IMG/VR virus record: IMGVR_UViG_3300027973_000988 | Coordinates: 1-24,251 of that record | Reading direction: 5' to 3' (one strand) | Length of the DNA: 24,251 bases | Source: a virus | Lineage: Duplodnaviria; Caudoviricetes | Shown here: piece after piece, positions 16,966 to 24,251 of the stretch | Layout of the letters: each line of letters begins with the position of its first letter | Numbering within the stretch: the first letter of the stretch is position 1 | Notes under the pieces: model-generated | Databases searched by the model: none | What the model was told of the DNA's origin: nothing | What the model saw: only the letters and a program-made list of their open reading frames with translations | Translations under genes and position numbers: made by a program

Positions 16966-17338
16966 GTATCTCCTTTATTATGTTATCGTAATTAAAATCT
17001 TTTATCTCAAAGTCTACTTTTTTAGGTTTCTCAAATACTTTATTAGTATCTTCAAATCTTCCTTTATCAATTGTATTCATCCAAATCTTCATATCATAGA
17101 ATGATCTATAAGATTCAAATGGACAAACAAAGTCTATAACAACATGATTAACTGCAAGATCACACATAGTCATCATACGATTCGCTTGTCGTCTACGACC
17201 ATCTTCTGTAAAATCCCAATCTTCAAATAGCTTTCTAATATCATCAGCATTAAAGTGTGGTATCTTTTTACCTTCAATTAATTTTTTAGCAAATGTAGTT
17301 TTGCCTGATCCTGGTAATCCAAATATTAATATCTTCAT
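16949..17338 (-). CDS. cysC: Adenylylsulfate (APS) kinase-like protein
   Basis: Walker A GLPGSGKTT, NADDIR, DFTEDGRRRQ, DFVCP and FEKP parallel CysC motifs (DGD.IR, FS.EDR, FISP, YE.P); only 129 aa. Confidence 0.75.
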   Translation of the reverse strand: MKILIFGLPGSGKTTFAKKLIEGKKIPHFNADDIRKLFEDWDFTEDGRRRQANRMMTMCDLAVNHVVIDFVCPFESYRSFYDMKIWMNTIDKGRFEDTNKVFEKPKKVDFEIKDFNYDNIIKEIHDRLL

Positions 17339-18156
17339 TAAAATTTTATATGTCCATACGCATCAACAATGCCTTTAGGCAATTGTGATCTGTAAGGATT
17401 ATCTTCCTTTCTTATATCTTCTCTAATAGTATGCATTCTATTTCCAACCACTGTATCGTCGTAACCTATACCATTTATTTTAAATTGATTCAAGGATTTA
17501 TAGTTATGATTAAATCTAGGTATTTTTAAAAAGTCATATATTTTGTTTATCTCAATTTCTGGTTGATTTACTAAATCATCATATTTTAAATAATGACACA
17601 TTTGTGGATAGTTGTAAGAATTCTTTATGGCTTCTAGATCTTTTGCAATCGCACCATCTTTATTCATTAGCATCCAAAGTTTTTCTTCAATTGTTTGTTT
17701 ACCATATTTATGAACAAAGCTTGTTGGTTCTTTTTCAAACCATTTTATATAAGAGGCAAGAACATCTAATACATCTCTTAAAATAATAATGCATTTAAAA
17801 GGTCGTTTAAAATGCTTTTGCATTAACATAAAATTACCAGGTGTCATAACAGGACCTCTGTCTATAATATAACGCTGCGGCCAGTCTTTATAATAAGTGT
17901 CAAAGACACTATCTAAAACGTTATCTAATGATTTATGATCTGGATAATTTTGAAATACATCTGTTTGCTTAAGAAGAAACAAATCTTTCATTATCTCTAA
18001 TGTAATAGAATTAGGTGTTACAGCGATGTCTGGGTTTTGATTCATCAACGAACCAAATAGAGTATTACCAGATCTTGGTAATGCTACTAAAAAGAATAAT
18101 TCTTTACTTGGATTCTTGTCCAAATGTAGGTTGTCCAATTGCTTTCTTCTCATCAT
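17338..18156 (-). CDS. PAPS-dependent sulfotransferase (Sulfotransfer_3-like)
   Basis: 5'-PSB loop LPRSGNT, 3'-PB motif ILRDVLDVLASY, YDDLVNQP. The true start may be later (e.g. TTG at 18123). Confidence 0.85.
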   Translation of the reverse strand: MMRRKQLDNLHLDKNPSKELFFLVALPRSGNTLFGSLMNQNPDIAVTPNSITLEIMKDLFLLKQTDVFQNYPDHKSLDNVLDSVFDTYYKDWPQRYIIDRGPVMTPGNFMLMQKHFKRPFKCIIILRDVLDVLASYIKWFEKEPTSFVHKYGKQTIEEKLWMLMNKDGAIAKDLEAIKNSYNYPQMCHYLKYDDLVNQPEIEINKIYDFLKIPRFNHNYKSLNQFKINGIGYDDTVVGNRMHTIREDIRKEDNPYRSQLPKGIVDAYGHIKF

Positions 18157-18790
18157 GTTTTAATAGTCCTAATTCTTTCTTAACTCTTTCAATAGTTTGT
18201 AATTGTCCAAGAACATTGAATACTTCTGGTTGAGAAGATCCAGGTGTTAATGTTTCAGCTTTATTCTTCATGATTTGGTGATATGATTCTAATTGATGAG
18301 TATTAACATTTTTAGTGTCAAATGATCCATCATCAAATTCTTTTTTCAAATTAGACCACATATTAATTTCTCTCATACGATCTCTTGCAACTAATTCCAT
18401 ATTTGCTTGTGCATATATCTTTTCATCTAAATCTATTTTATAACATTCTAGTTTATATTCATCTGTTTCAGTTTCTAATTTCTTTTCTAACCATTTAATC
18501 TTTGCATCGTTTCTTCTGTAATCAAAAGATAATGACATTAAATTTTCTAAAAATACGTTTTGTTCTCTAACACATTGCCAGTATTTAGAAGATATAGTTG
18601 GATACTTTGCATCTTGTAATACTGAAATTCTAGCTTCTGTTTCTGTTCTGAATATTTGTTTTTTTGTCCAAGTATCACGAAGTTCCTCAACCATTCCTTT
18701 GAATGCGTTAAGATCGTTTGGATCAAGTAGATTGTTTAAGTGAGCTTCTTCTTGCTGTATTAAGCTCTTTATATTTCTCTTCTCTGTCAT
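18104..18790 (-). CDS. Hypothetical coiled-coil protein (228 aa), possible assembly chaperone
   Basis: ATG 18790 (MTEKRNIK) avoids overlap with the upstream gene and follows a promoter; charged helical sequence, FRTETEARISVL and YWQCVREQ blocks. Confidence 0.7.
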   Translation of the reverse strand: MTEKRNIKSLIQQEEAHLNNLLDPNDLNAFKGMVEELRDTWTKKQIFRTETEARISVLQDAKYPTISSKYWQCVREQNVFLENLMSLSFDYRRNDAKIKWLEKKLETETDEYKLECYKIDLDEKIYAQANMELVARDRMREINMWSNLKKEFDDGSFDTKNVNTHQLESYHQIMKNKAETLTPGSSQPEVFNVLGQLQTIERVKKELGLLKHDEKKAIGQPTFGQESK

Positions 18791-18799
18791 TCGATTGGA

Positions 18800-18828
18800 G
18801 ATATAGAGATATTTTATGACGTTGTCAA
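18800..18828 (-). promoter_or_regulatory. Sigma70-type promoter for the coiled-coil / sulfation / oxygenase cassette
   Basis: Perfect TTGACA (18828-18823) within the TLTTS codons of the upstream gene, 17 nt, TATATC (18805-18800), ATG 9 nt later with no SD. Confidence 0.55.
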
Positions 18829-20646
18829 GGTAGAAGCAGTTGCTGAAGTTGGAGTTCCTGTCCATTCTTCTGTGGCTGCTGTAACCGAACCAGCAGTTGG
18901 TATGTTTGTCCTACCACCAAATCCTAAACCTGCAGCTTGAGTACCTGCAGATCCTAAAAAATATCTTGCTGTTGTCATAGGAGGTGCTGATGACCAATTT
19001 GTACCATCCCATGTTTCTGTATTTGTTACAGGAACTGTTGTATTACCTGCAAAACCAAGTGCTGATGTTTGATTTCCTGCTCCACCTAATGCAGACCTTG
19101 CCGTATTCATACTATTTACTGATGTCCAACTTGTTCCATTATAAAATTCAGTTGCTCCTGTTAAAGGAGGACTACCACCAAATATCAATCCTGCTGTTTG
19201 AGTGCCAGCACCTGCTAAACTTGCTCTTTGTGTATTTAGATTACCTCCAGCTGTCCAAGCACTTCCATCATATTCTTCTGTAAGATTTGTAAGTGTAAGT
19301 GCAGGAGCTGTTCCAGTATATCCTGCTGCTACAAATGCTGCAGTTTGTATACCTCCTCCAGCTGCTATATATCTTGCATTAATTAAATTTCCACCGGGTG
19401 ACCAAGATGTTCCATCATATTCTTCTGTAGCTTTTCCAACAGTTGAAAAATTAGGGCCAACATCATAACCACCAAAACCTAAACCTGCGGTTTGAGTACC
19501 AGCACCTGCTAAACCATATCTTGCTGTTCCTAAATTTCCACCCGCTGCCCACGCTGATCCATCATACTCTTCTGTTGCAGCCGAACGAGCTGGAGTATTA
19601 AACATTCCTCCAAATCCTGCTGCTGCAGTTTGTGTACCGGCTGAACCTAATTCTCGTCTGCCCGTTCCCATATTCCCGCCGCTCGCCCAAGCACCCGTGG
19701 CTGGCGAAAAGATTGTTGAGTTCCATTCTTCTGTTGCGGCTGTTATTGGAGGTGTGCCACCAAATCCTAAAGCTGCTGGTGCTGTTCCTGCTCCTGCTAA
19801 ACCATATCTTGCTGTTCCCATAGAGGGAACTGTATTCCAAGATGTACCATCATATTGTTCTGTGTTTGCAGAAGGAACAGTTGTGGCACCACCAAAAGCT
19901 ATTGCTGATGTTTGAATTCCTGCTCCTGCCAAATCATTTCTTGCTGTATTCATTAAATTTACAGTAGTCCAAGTAGATCCATTAAATTCTTCTGTGTCTG
20001 CTGTACGAGCAGTTGTATAACCACCAAACGCTAAACCTGCAGTTTGTATACCTGCTCCTGCCAAAGATCCTCTTGCAGTATTTAAACTTCCACTTGTTGT
20101 CCAAGTTGAACCATCATATTTTTCTGTAGCCGAGGAAACTGATGGAGTTCCACCACCAAAAGCTAAACCTGCTGTTTGAATTCCACAACCAGCTAAACCT
20201 CTTCTTGCTGTTGCCATACTTCCACCAGCAGACCAAGAAGAACCATCATACTCTGCTGTATCAGTTCTATTTTGAATTGGAGGATAAGTAGATCCACCAA
20301 AAGCAAGTCCAGCTGTTTGAGTTCCAGCTGCTGCTAAACCACTTATCGAAAGAGGATAATTTCCACCTGCTGACCAAGTGTATCCTGAATATTCTTCTGT
20401 TGCATTTGTTCTTGTAGGTGTACCTCCACCAATGGCAAGTCCCGCTGTTTGAGTTCCTGTACCTGCTAAATATCTTCTAGCAGTAGTCATGTTTGATCCT
20501 GCTGACCACGCTTTAATTTGTACTAATGATTTTAATGTACCTGATGTAGAGTTATACCACACCTGTCCCTCGTTGCCCGTATTGAGTGTTGGGTCTGAAC
20601 TTAAGTAATTGACTCTTAATCCTGCTAGCTCGTTGTAGGTCGTCAT
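18814..20646 (-). CDS. Kelch-like repeat protein, 12 repeats (two 6-blade propellers); probable tail/receptor-binding protein
   Basis: 12 copies of W..GG.(L/M).TAR..LAG.GTQTA.L.FGG-loop-TEEYDG; N-terminal SSDP...GQVWYN module; C-terminal TLTTS. Confidence 0.8.
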   Translation of the reverse strand: MTTYNELAGLRVNYLSSDPTLNTGNEGQVWYNSTSGTLKSLVQIKAWSAGSNMTTARRYLAGTGTQTAGLAIGGGTPTRTNATEEYSGYTWSAGGNYPLSISGLAAAGTQTAGLAFGGSTYPPIQNRTDTAEYDGSSWSAGGSMATARRGLAGCGIQTAGLAFGGGTPSVSSATEKYDGSTWTTSGSLNTARGSLAGAGIQTAGLAFGGYTTARTADTEEFNGSTWTTVNLMNTARNDLAGAGIQTSAIAFGGATTVPSANTEQYDGTSWNTVPSMGTARYGLAGAGTAPAALGFGGTPPITAATEEWNSTIFSPATGAWASGGNMGTGRRELGSAGTQTAAAGFGGMFNTPARSAATEEYDGSAWAAGGNLGTARYGLAGAGTQTAGLGFGGYDVGPNFSTVGKATEEYDGTSWSPGGNLINARYIAAGGGIQTAAFVAAGYTGTAPALTLTNLTEEYDGSAWTAGGNLNTQRASLAGAGTQTAGLIFGGSPPLTGATEFYNGTSWTSVNSMNTARSALGGAGNQTSALGFAGNTTVPVTNTETWDGTNWSSAPPMTTARYFLGSAGTQAAGLGFGGRTNIPTAGSVTAATEEWTGTPTSATASTLTTS

Positions 20647-20655
20647 GTGATTGAC

Positions 20656-20952
20656 CTACGGTAAAGTTATAGCAGTCGGTCTTTGATTGAATCCTGGTCT
20701 ATTTTTTTGATCTTCTGGTAAAGCGTCATAAGCTGCTTGAGCCGCTGTTACTTCTGCATCAACAATTGCTTGTGCTTCTGCTTTAGTTTTTTCAACTCCG
20801 TTTTTCTCTGCTAACCATAAAGCTCCTTTTTCAGAATTTCCGATTACCCAAACATCTCCTGGGAATCCTCTTAAGAAAAAGTTTCTTCTGTCTTCTGCAG
20901 TAAAAAAACCTTTGCCAGTGTTAGTTGCTGTACCGTATATAAAAAGTGCCAT
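20656..20952 (-). CDS. Small hypothetical protein between propeller genes
   Basis: 98 aa; SD AAGGAG (20965-20960) and its own promoter; Ala-rich helix KTKAEAQAIVDAEVTAAQAAYD. Confidence 0.8.
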   Translation of the reverse strand: MALFIYGTATNTGKGFFTAEDRRNFFLRGFPGDVWVIGNSEKGALWLAEKNGVEKTKAEAQAIVDAEVTAAQAAYDALPEDQKNRPGFNQRPTAITLP

Positions 20953-20973
20953 ATTTATGCTCCTTGGTTAGTT

Positions 20974-21002
20974 ATTATAAGTCAATTTATTCATAATGTA
21001 AA
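20974..21002 (-). promoter_or_regulatory. Sigma70-type promoter
   Basis: TTTACA (21002-20997), 17 nt, perfect TATAAT (20979-20974). Confidence 0.75.
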
Positions 21003-22775
21003 CTAACTTGTAGTTATAGTTTTTGTATTAGTTGCTGTGGTTTCTCCTGTGAATTCTTCTGTGGCTGCAGAGTTAGGTGGTATATATCCACCAAATCCTA
21101 AAGCTACAGTTTGAGTACCACATCCTGATATATGGTATCTTGCTGTTGCCATTGTTGGAGCGGTTACCCACGAAGTTCCATCCCATTGTTCTGTTGCACC
21201 TGTAGTTGGAGGACTTCCTCCAAAAGCTAAAGCAGCCGTTTGTGTTCCTGCTCCTGCTAAAGCATATCTTGCAGTAATCATAGAATTAACTGAAGTCCAA
21301 CTTGTTCCATTAAAAGATTCTGTAGCTGTTGTAGGACCTGGTACATCACCACCAAAAGCTAATGCAGCAGTTTGTGTACCTGCTCCATATAAACCTAATC
21401 TAGCTGTATTTAAACTTCCAGTATTAGTCCAAGTTGTTCCATCATATTTTTCTGCTGCACCTGTACGAGCACCAGGAGGAGTATTACCACCAAATCCTAA
21501 TCCTGCTGTTTGTGTTCCTGCGCCAGCTAAATATCCTCTTGTAGTATTCATATTTCCACCAGGTCCCCAAGTAGAACCATCAAATTCTTCTGTGGATGCT
21601 GTTCTACCAGTTGAAGCAACTCCACCTGCTGCAAGTCCTGCTGTTTGAGTTCCTGCTGCTCCTATACCTCTTCTTGCTGTTGCCATGTTTCCGCTAGGAC
21701 TCCAAGAAGTTCCATTATATTTTTCTGTTACTGCTGAAAGTGCAGTTATAGCTCCACCAAAAACAATTGCTGCTGTTTGCGTACCAGCACCTCCTGAATC
21801 TCTTCTAGCTGTTCCCATATTACCACCCGCTGCCCACGCTGCGGCTGTGATGATACTAGTTGATTGATTAAATTCTTCTGTTGCTGTTGTGGTAGCTGGA
21901 GCAGATCCACCAAAAGCTAAACCTGCAGTATTATTTGAACCACAACCTGCAAGGTAAGCTCTAGCAGTTGCCATGTTTGCAGTGGATGTCCAAGATGTTC
22001 CATCGTATTTTTCAGTTGCTGCAGAGTTAGCTGGAGCTGCTCCACCAAAAGCTAATGCAGATGTTTGTGTACCATCTCCTGCTAAAGATTGTCTTCCTGT
22101 ATTCATTGAATTTACAGAAGTCCACGTTGATCCATCGTATTCTTCTGTAGTTGTTCTAAAAGGACCACCACCAAAAGCAAGTCCTGACGTTTGTAAACCA
22201 CAACCAGCTAAATAAGATCTCGTTGTATTTAAATTTCCACCAGCAGCCCAAGCTGCTCCATCATATTCTTCTGTTGCATTTGTAGCAGCAGGAGCAGATC
22301 TACCACCAAACGCAAGTCCTGCAGTTTGTGTGCCTGCACCTCCAACATATTGTCTAGCTGTTCCTAAATTTCCTCCAGCAGTCCAAGCTGAACCATCGTA
22401 TTCTTCTGTGGCATTTGAAACTGCTGTTGTATATCCTCCAAAACCCAATGCAGAGGTTTGTGTTCCTGCACCTCCTAAAGATTGTCTGGCTGTCGCCATA
22501 TTTCCACCAGCTGCCCAACCTGAACCGTTATATTTTTCTGTAGAAGCAGATCCAGGTGCTCCACCAAAAGCAAGTCCTGCTGTTTGTGTACCTGCTCCTG
22601 ATAAAGAATTTCTAGCCGTAATTAAAGGCGATCCGCTACTCCATGCAGCTGATGCTAAAACACTCTTAAACGTTCCCGAAGTCGTATTATACCAAACTTG
22701 TCCTTCAGCATCGGAGCTCGGATCTGAACTGTAGTTCTTTACGTATTTACCAAAAATTTCTTTGTATGTTGTCAT
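21003..22775 (-). CDS. Kelch-like repeat protein, 12 repeats (two 6-blade propellers)
   Basis: Same repeat; linker FNQSTSIITAAA after repeat 6; shared N-terminal module and KTITTS end. Confidence 0.8.
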   Translation of the reverse strand: MTTYKEIFGKYVKNYSSDPSSDAEGQVWYNTTSGTFKSVLASAAWSSGSPLITARNSLSGAGTQTAGLAFGGAPGSASTEKYNGSGWAAGGNMATARQSLGGAGTQTSALGFGGYTTAVSNATEEYDGSAWTAGGNLGTARQYVGGAGTQTAGLAFGGRSAPAATNATEEYDGAAWAAGGNLNTTRSYLAGCGLQTSGLAFGGGPFRTTTEEYDGSTWTSVNSMNTGRQSLAGDGTQTSALAFGGAAPANSAATEKYDGTSWTSTANMATARAYLAGCGSNNTAGLAFGGSAPATTTATEEFNQSTSIITAAAWAAGGNMGTARRDSGGAGTQTAAIVFGGAITALSAVTEKYNGTSWSPSGNMATARRGIGAAGTQTAGLAAGGVASTGRTASTEEFDGSTWGPGGNMNTTRGYLAGAGTQTAGLGFGGNTPPGARTGAAEKYDGTTWTNTGSLNTARLGLYGAGTQTAALAFGGDVPGPTTATESFNGTSWTSVNSMITARYALAGAGTQTAALAFGGSPPTTGATEQWDGTSWVTAPTMATARYHISGCGTQTVALGFGGYIPPNSAATEEFTGETTATNTKTITTS

Positions 22776-22776
22776 A

Positions 22777-23775
22777 TTATGAGGTTGTTATTTTTTTAGC
22801 AGATAGGAATGCTCCTGTAAATTCTTCGGTTGCTGTTGTATTAGCCGTTCCACCAAATGCTAAACCTGCTGTTTGATTTCCTGCTTCTCCTACTCCTCCT
22901 CTTGCAGTGGATAAAGGTGTTGAAGTTGTCCAAGTTGTTCCATTATATAGTTCTGTTGCACCTGTACTTGTTGGATTATAACCACCAAAACCTAAAGCGG
23001 CTGTTTGAGTTCCAGCACCTCCAAAATTATTTCTACCAGTGTTTAAATTTCCACCTGCTGTCCAAGCAGATCCATCATACTCTTCTGTTACAGTTACTAC
23101 AGCAGCTGGAGATGTTCCTAATTTTCCTCCAAAACCTAAACCTGCTGTTTGTGTTCCTGCTCCTGCCATTCCATCTTTAGCAGCACTTAAATTTCCTCCT
23201 GCTGTCCATGCAGAGCCATCGTATTCTTCTGTTACATTAAGAGCTCCTGGAGGAAAAGGAGGATCAAATCCACCAAAAGCTAAAGCTGATGTTTGAGTTC
23301 CACAACCTGCTATACTATATCTTCCTGTTCCCATACTTCCACCAGGACCCCAAGAAGTACCATCATATTCTTCCGTTGCAGGTGATCCAAATAGAGGAGG
23401 TCCTACAAATCCTCCAAAAGCTAATCCTGCTGTTTGCGTTCCTGCTCCACCTAAAGCTTGTCTTCTAGTTGTTAAATTTCCTCCAGCTGCCCAAGCACTT
23501 CCGTCATATTCTTCTGTACTATTTTGTAGAACTGGTGATGTTGGTGGTGGAATATATCCACCAAAACCTAATGCTGCTGTTTGAGTTCCACATCCTCCCA
23601 AGTTAAGTCTACCTAAAGATAAATTTCCACCCGCTGCCCACGCATCAGCAACTAATTGATAACCTTTCAAAACTCCAATAGTATTATTGTACCAAATCTG
23701 ACCTGTCTCTGGATTTGTAGGATCTGTTGATACTGACTCTATTGTAGTACCACGTATTTCTTTAAAGGTTGTCAT
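22777..23775 (-). CDS. Kelch-like repeat protein, 6 repeats (one propeller)
   Basis: 6 repeats with very Pro-rich loops (YIPPPTSP, VGPPLFGSP, FDPPFPPG); SD GGAGG; KKITTS end. Confidence 0.8.
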   Translation of the reverse strand: MTTFKEIRGTTIESVSTDPTNPETGQIWYNNTIGVLKGYQLVADAWAAGGNLSLGRLNLGGCGTQTAALGFGGYIPPPTSPVLQNSTEEYDGSAWAAGGNLTTRRQALGGAGTQTAGLAFGGFVGPPLFGSPATEEYDGTSWGPGGSMGTGRYSIAGCGTQTSALAFGGFDPPFPPGALNVTEEYDGSAWTAGGNLSAAKDGMAGAGTQTAGLGFGGKLGTSPAAVVTVTEEYDGSAWTAGGNLNTGRNNFGGAGTQTAALGFGGYNPTSTGATELYNGTTWTTSTPLSTARGGVGEAGNQTAGLAFGGTANTTATEEFTGAFLSAKKITTS

Positions 23776-23787
23776 TTCAAACCTCCC

Positions 23788-24251
23788 TTAATTATTCTGT
23801 AATAGCCAACCTTGTGTTGCATCAACGTATACAAGTGTAAATCCTGCTCTTTCTGTTGCCACCGTTAAATCTGTTGCCGAACCTTGGATTGGGTTACCAT
23901 TTCTAGCTACTGTGAAATTGTTAGTGTCAAACGTTGCATTGTAATCTATGAAAGAAATAAAATCACCTAACGTTGGTGATGCTGGTAATGTACAAGTAAT
24001 AGCATTTCCAGATGTGTTTACAAAATAACCTTGTTTAACTGTTGCAGAAAAACTTGTTGATTGAACTGTTTGCCAAGCTGCTCCGCCTGACACAGTTGCA
24101 AAAGATAAATTACCAGATCCATCGGTTTGAATAACTTGATTAGCTGTTCCTGTAGCTGTTGGTAAGTTTAATGTATAAGATGCTGAAACAGTAGTTGAAG
24201 ATCTTAAACCTACATATTCACCACCCGCTGCATCTTGGAATCTTACTTCAG
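23788..24251 (-). CDS. Tail fibre protein, C-terminal part (5' end outside the window)
   Basis: Frame is open to the window edge (EVRFQDAAGGEYVGL...LPTATGTANQVIQTDGSGNLSF, a common fibre motif), followed by a GYFVNT...TLPASP..GD...RNG...LVY.D...GW fibre domain. The ORF-track start at 24093 is internal. Confidence 0.8.
   Translation of the reverse strand, partial: EVRFQDAAGGEYVGLRSSTTVSASYTLNLPTATGTANQVIQTDGSGNLSFATVSGGAAWQTVQSTSFSATVKQGYFVNTSGNAITCTLPASPTLGDFISFIDYNATFDTNNFTVARNGNPIQGSATDLTVATERAGFTLVYVDATQGWLLQNN

Noticed and set aside
18791-18865. ORF-track N-terminal extensions (18865; likewise 12109 and 516) and the internal start at 24093
   Set aside because: Better-supported ATGs at 18790, 12088 and 501; the tail-fibre frame continues past the window edge.
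17604-23296. Many short ORFs antisense or off-frame to the sulfotransferase and propeller genes (PAPAKP-type repeats)
   Set aside because: Antisense mirror of Gly/Ala/Thr repeat codons, which rarely produce stops on the opposite strand.
18814-23775. Repeat plus variable-segment pattern as a CRISPR array
   Set aside because: Repeats are about 130-150 bp, degenerate at third codon positions and in-frame coding; no cas genes.
18814-23775. Diversity-generating retroelement acting on propeller loops
   Set aside because: No reverse transcriptase in the window, and I saw no TR/VR pair differing only at adenines; loops vary in length.
1-24251. tRNA, rRNA, integrase/transposase, intrinsic terminators
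   Set aside because: Intergenic gaps are mostly under about 70 bp and none shows a cloverleaf or a strong stem with U-tract; no mobile-element proteins recognised.

Overview
AT-rich (about 30% GC by eye) tailed-phage DNA with all credible genes on the minus strand, densely packed and often joined by TAATG/ATGA overlaps. Gene content and order resemble podovirus-like phages of SAR11/LD12-type Alphaproteobacteria (HTVC010P-like); the host is an inference. In transcription order (right to left): end of a tail-fibre gene; three paralogous Kelch-like beta-propeller proteins (6, 12 and 12 repeats) with a small protein and a coiled-coil protein; a sulfotransferase, APS kinase and HxGH nucleotidyltransferase; four different 2OG-Fe(II) oxygenases; a P22 gp10-like tail hub and three small proteins (two missed by the ORF track); an FkbM methyltransferase and two glycosyltransferases; an HlyC-like acyltransferase heading five probable internal virion/ejection proteins; a small membrane protein; an AdoMetDC/SpeD homologue; and a sigma32-type promoter plus ROSE-like RNA thermometer before a truncated gene (probably a small heat-shock protein). 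The best candidate for an undescribed system is a phage-encoded virion post-translational modification toolkit: hydroxylation, sulfation with its own PAPS supply, glycosylation/methylation, and acylation of ejection proteins. All calls come from reading motifs by eye; no searches were run.
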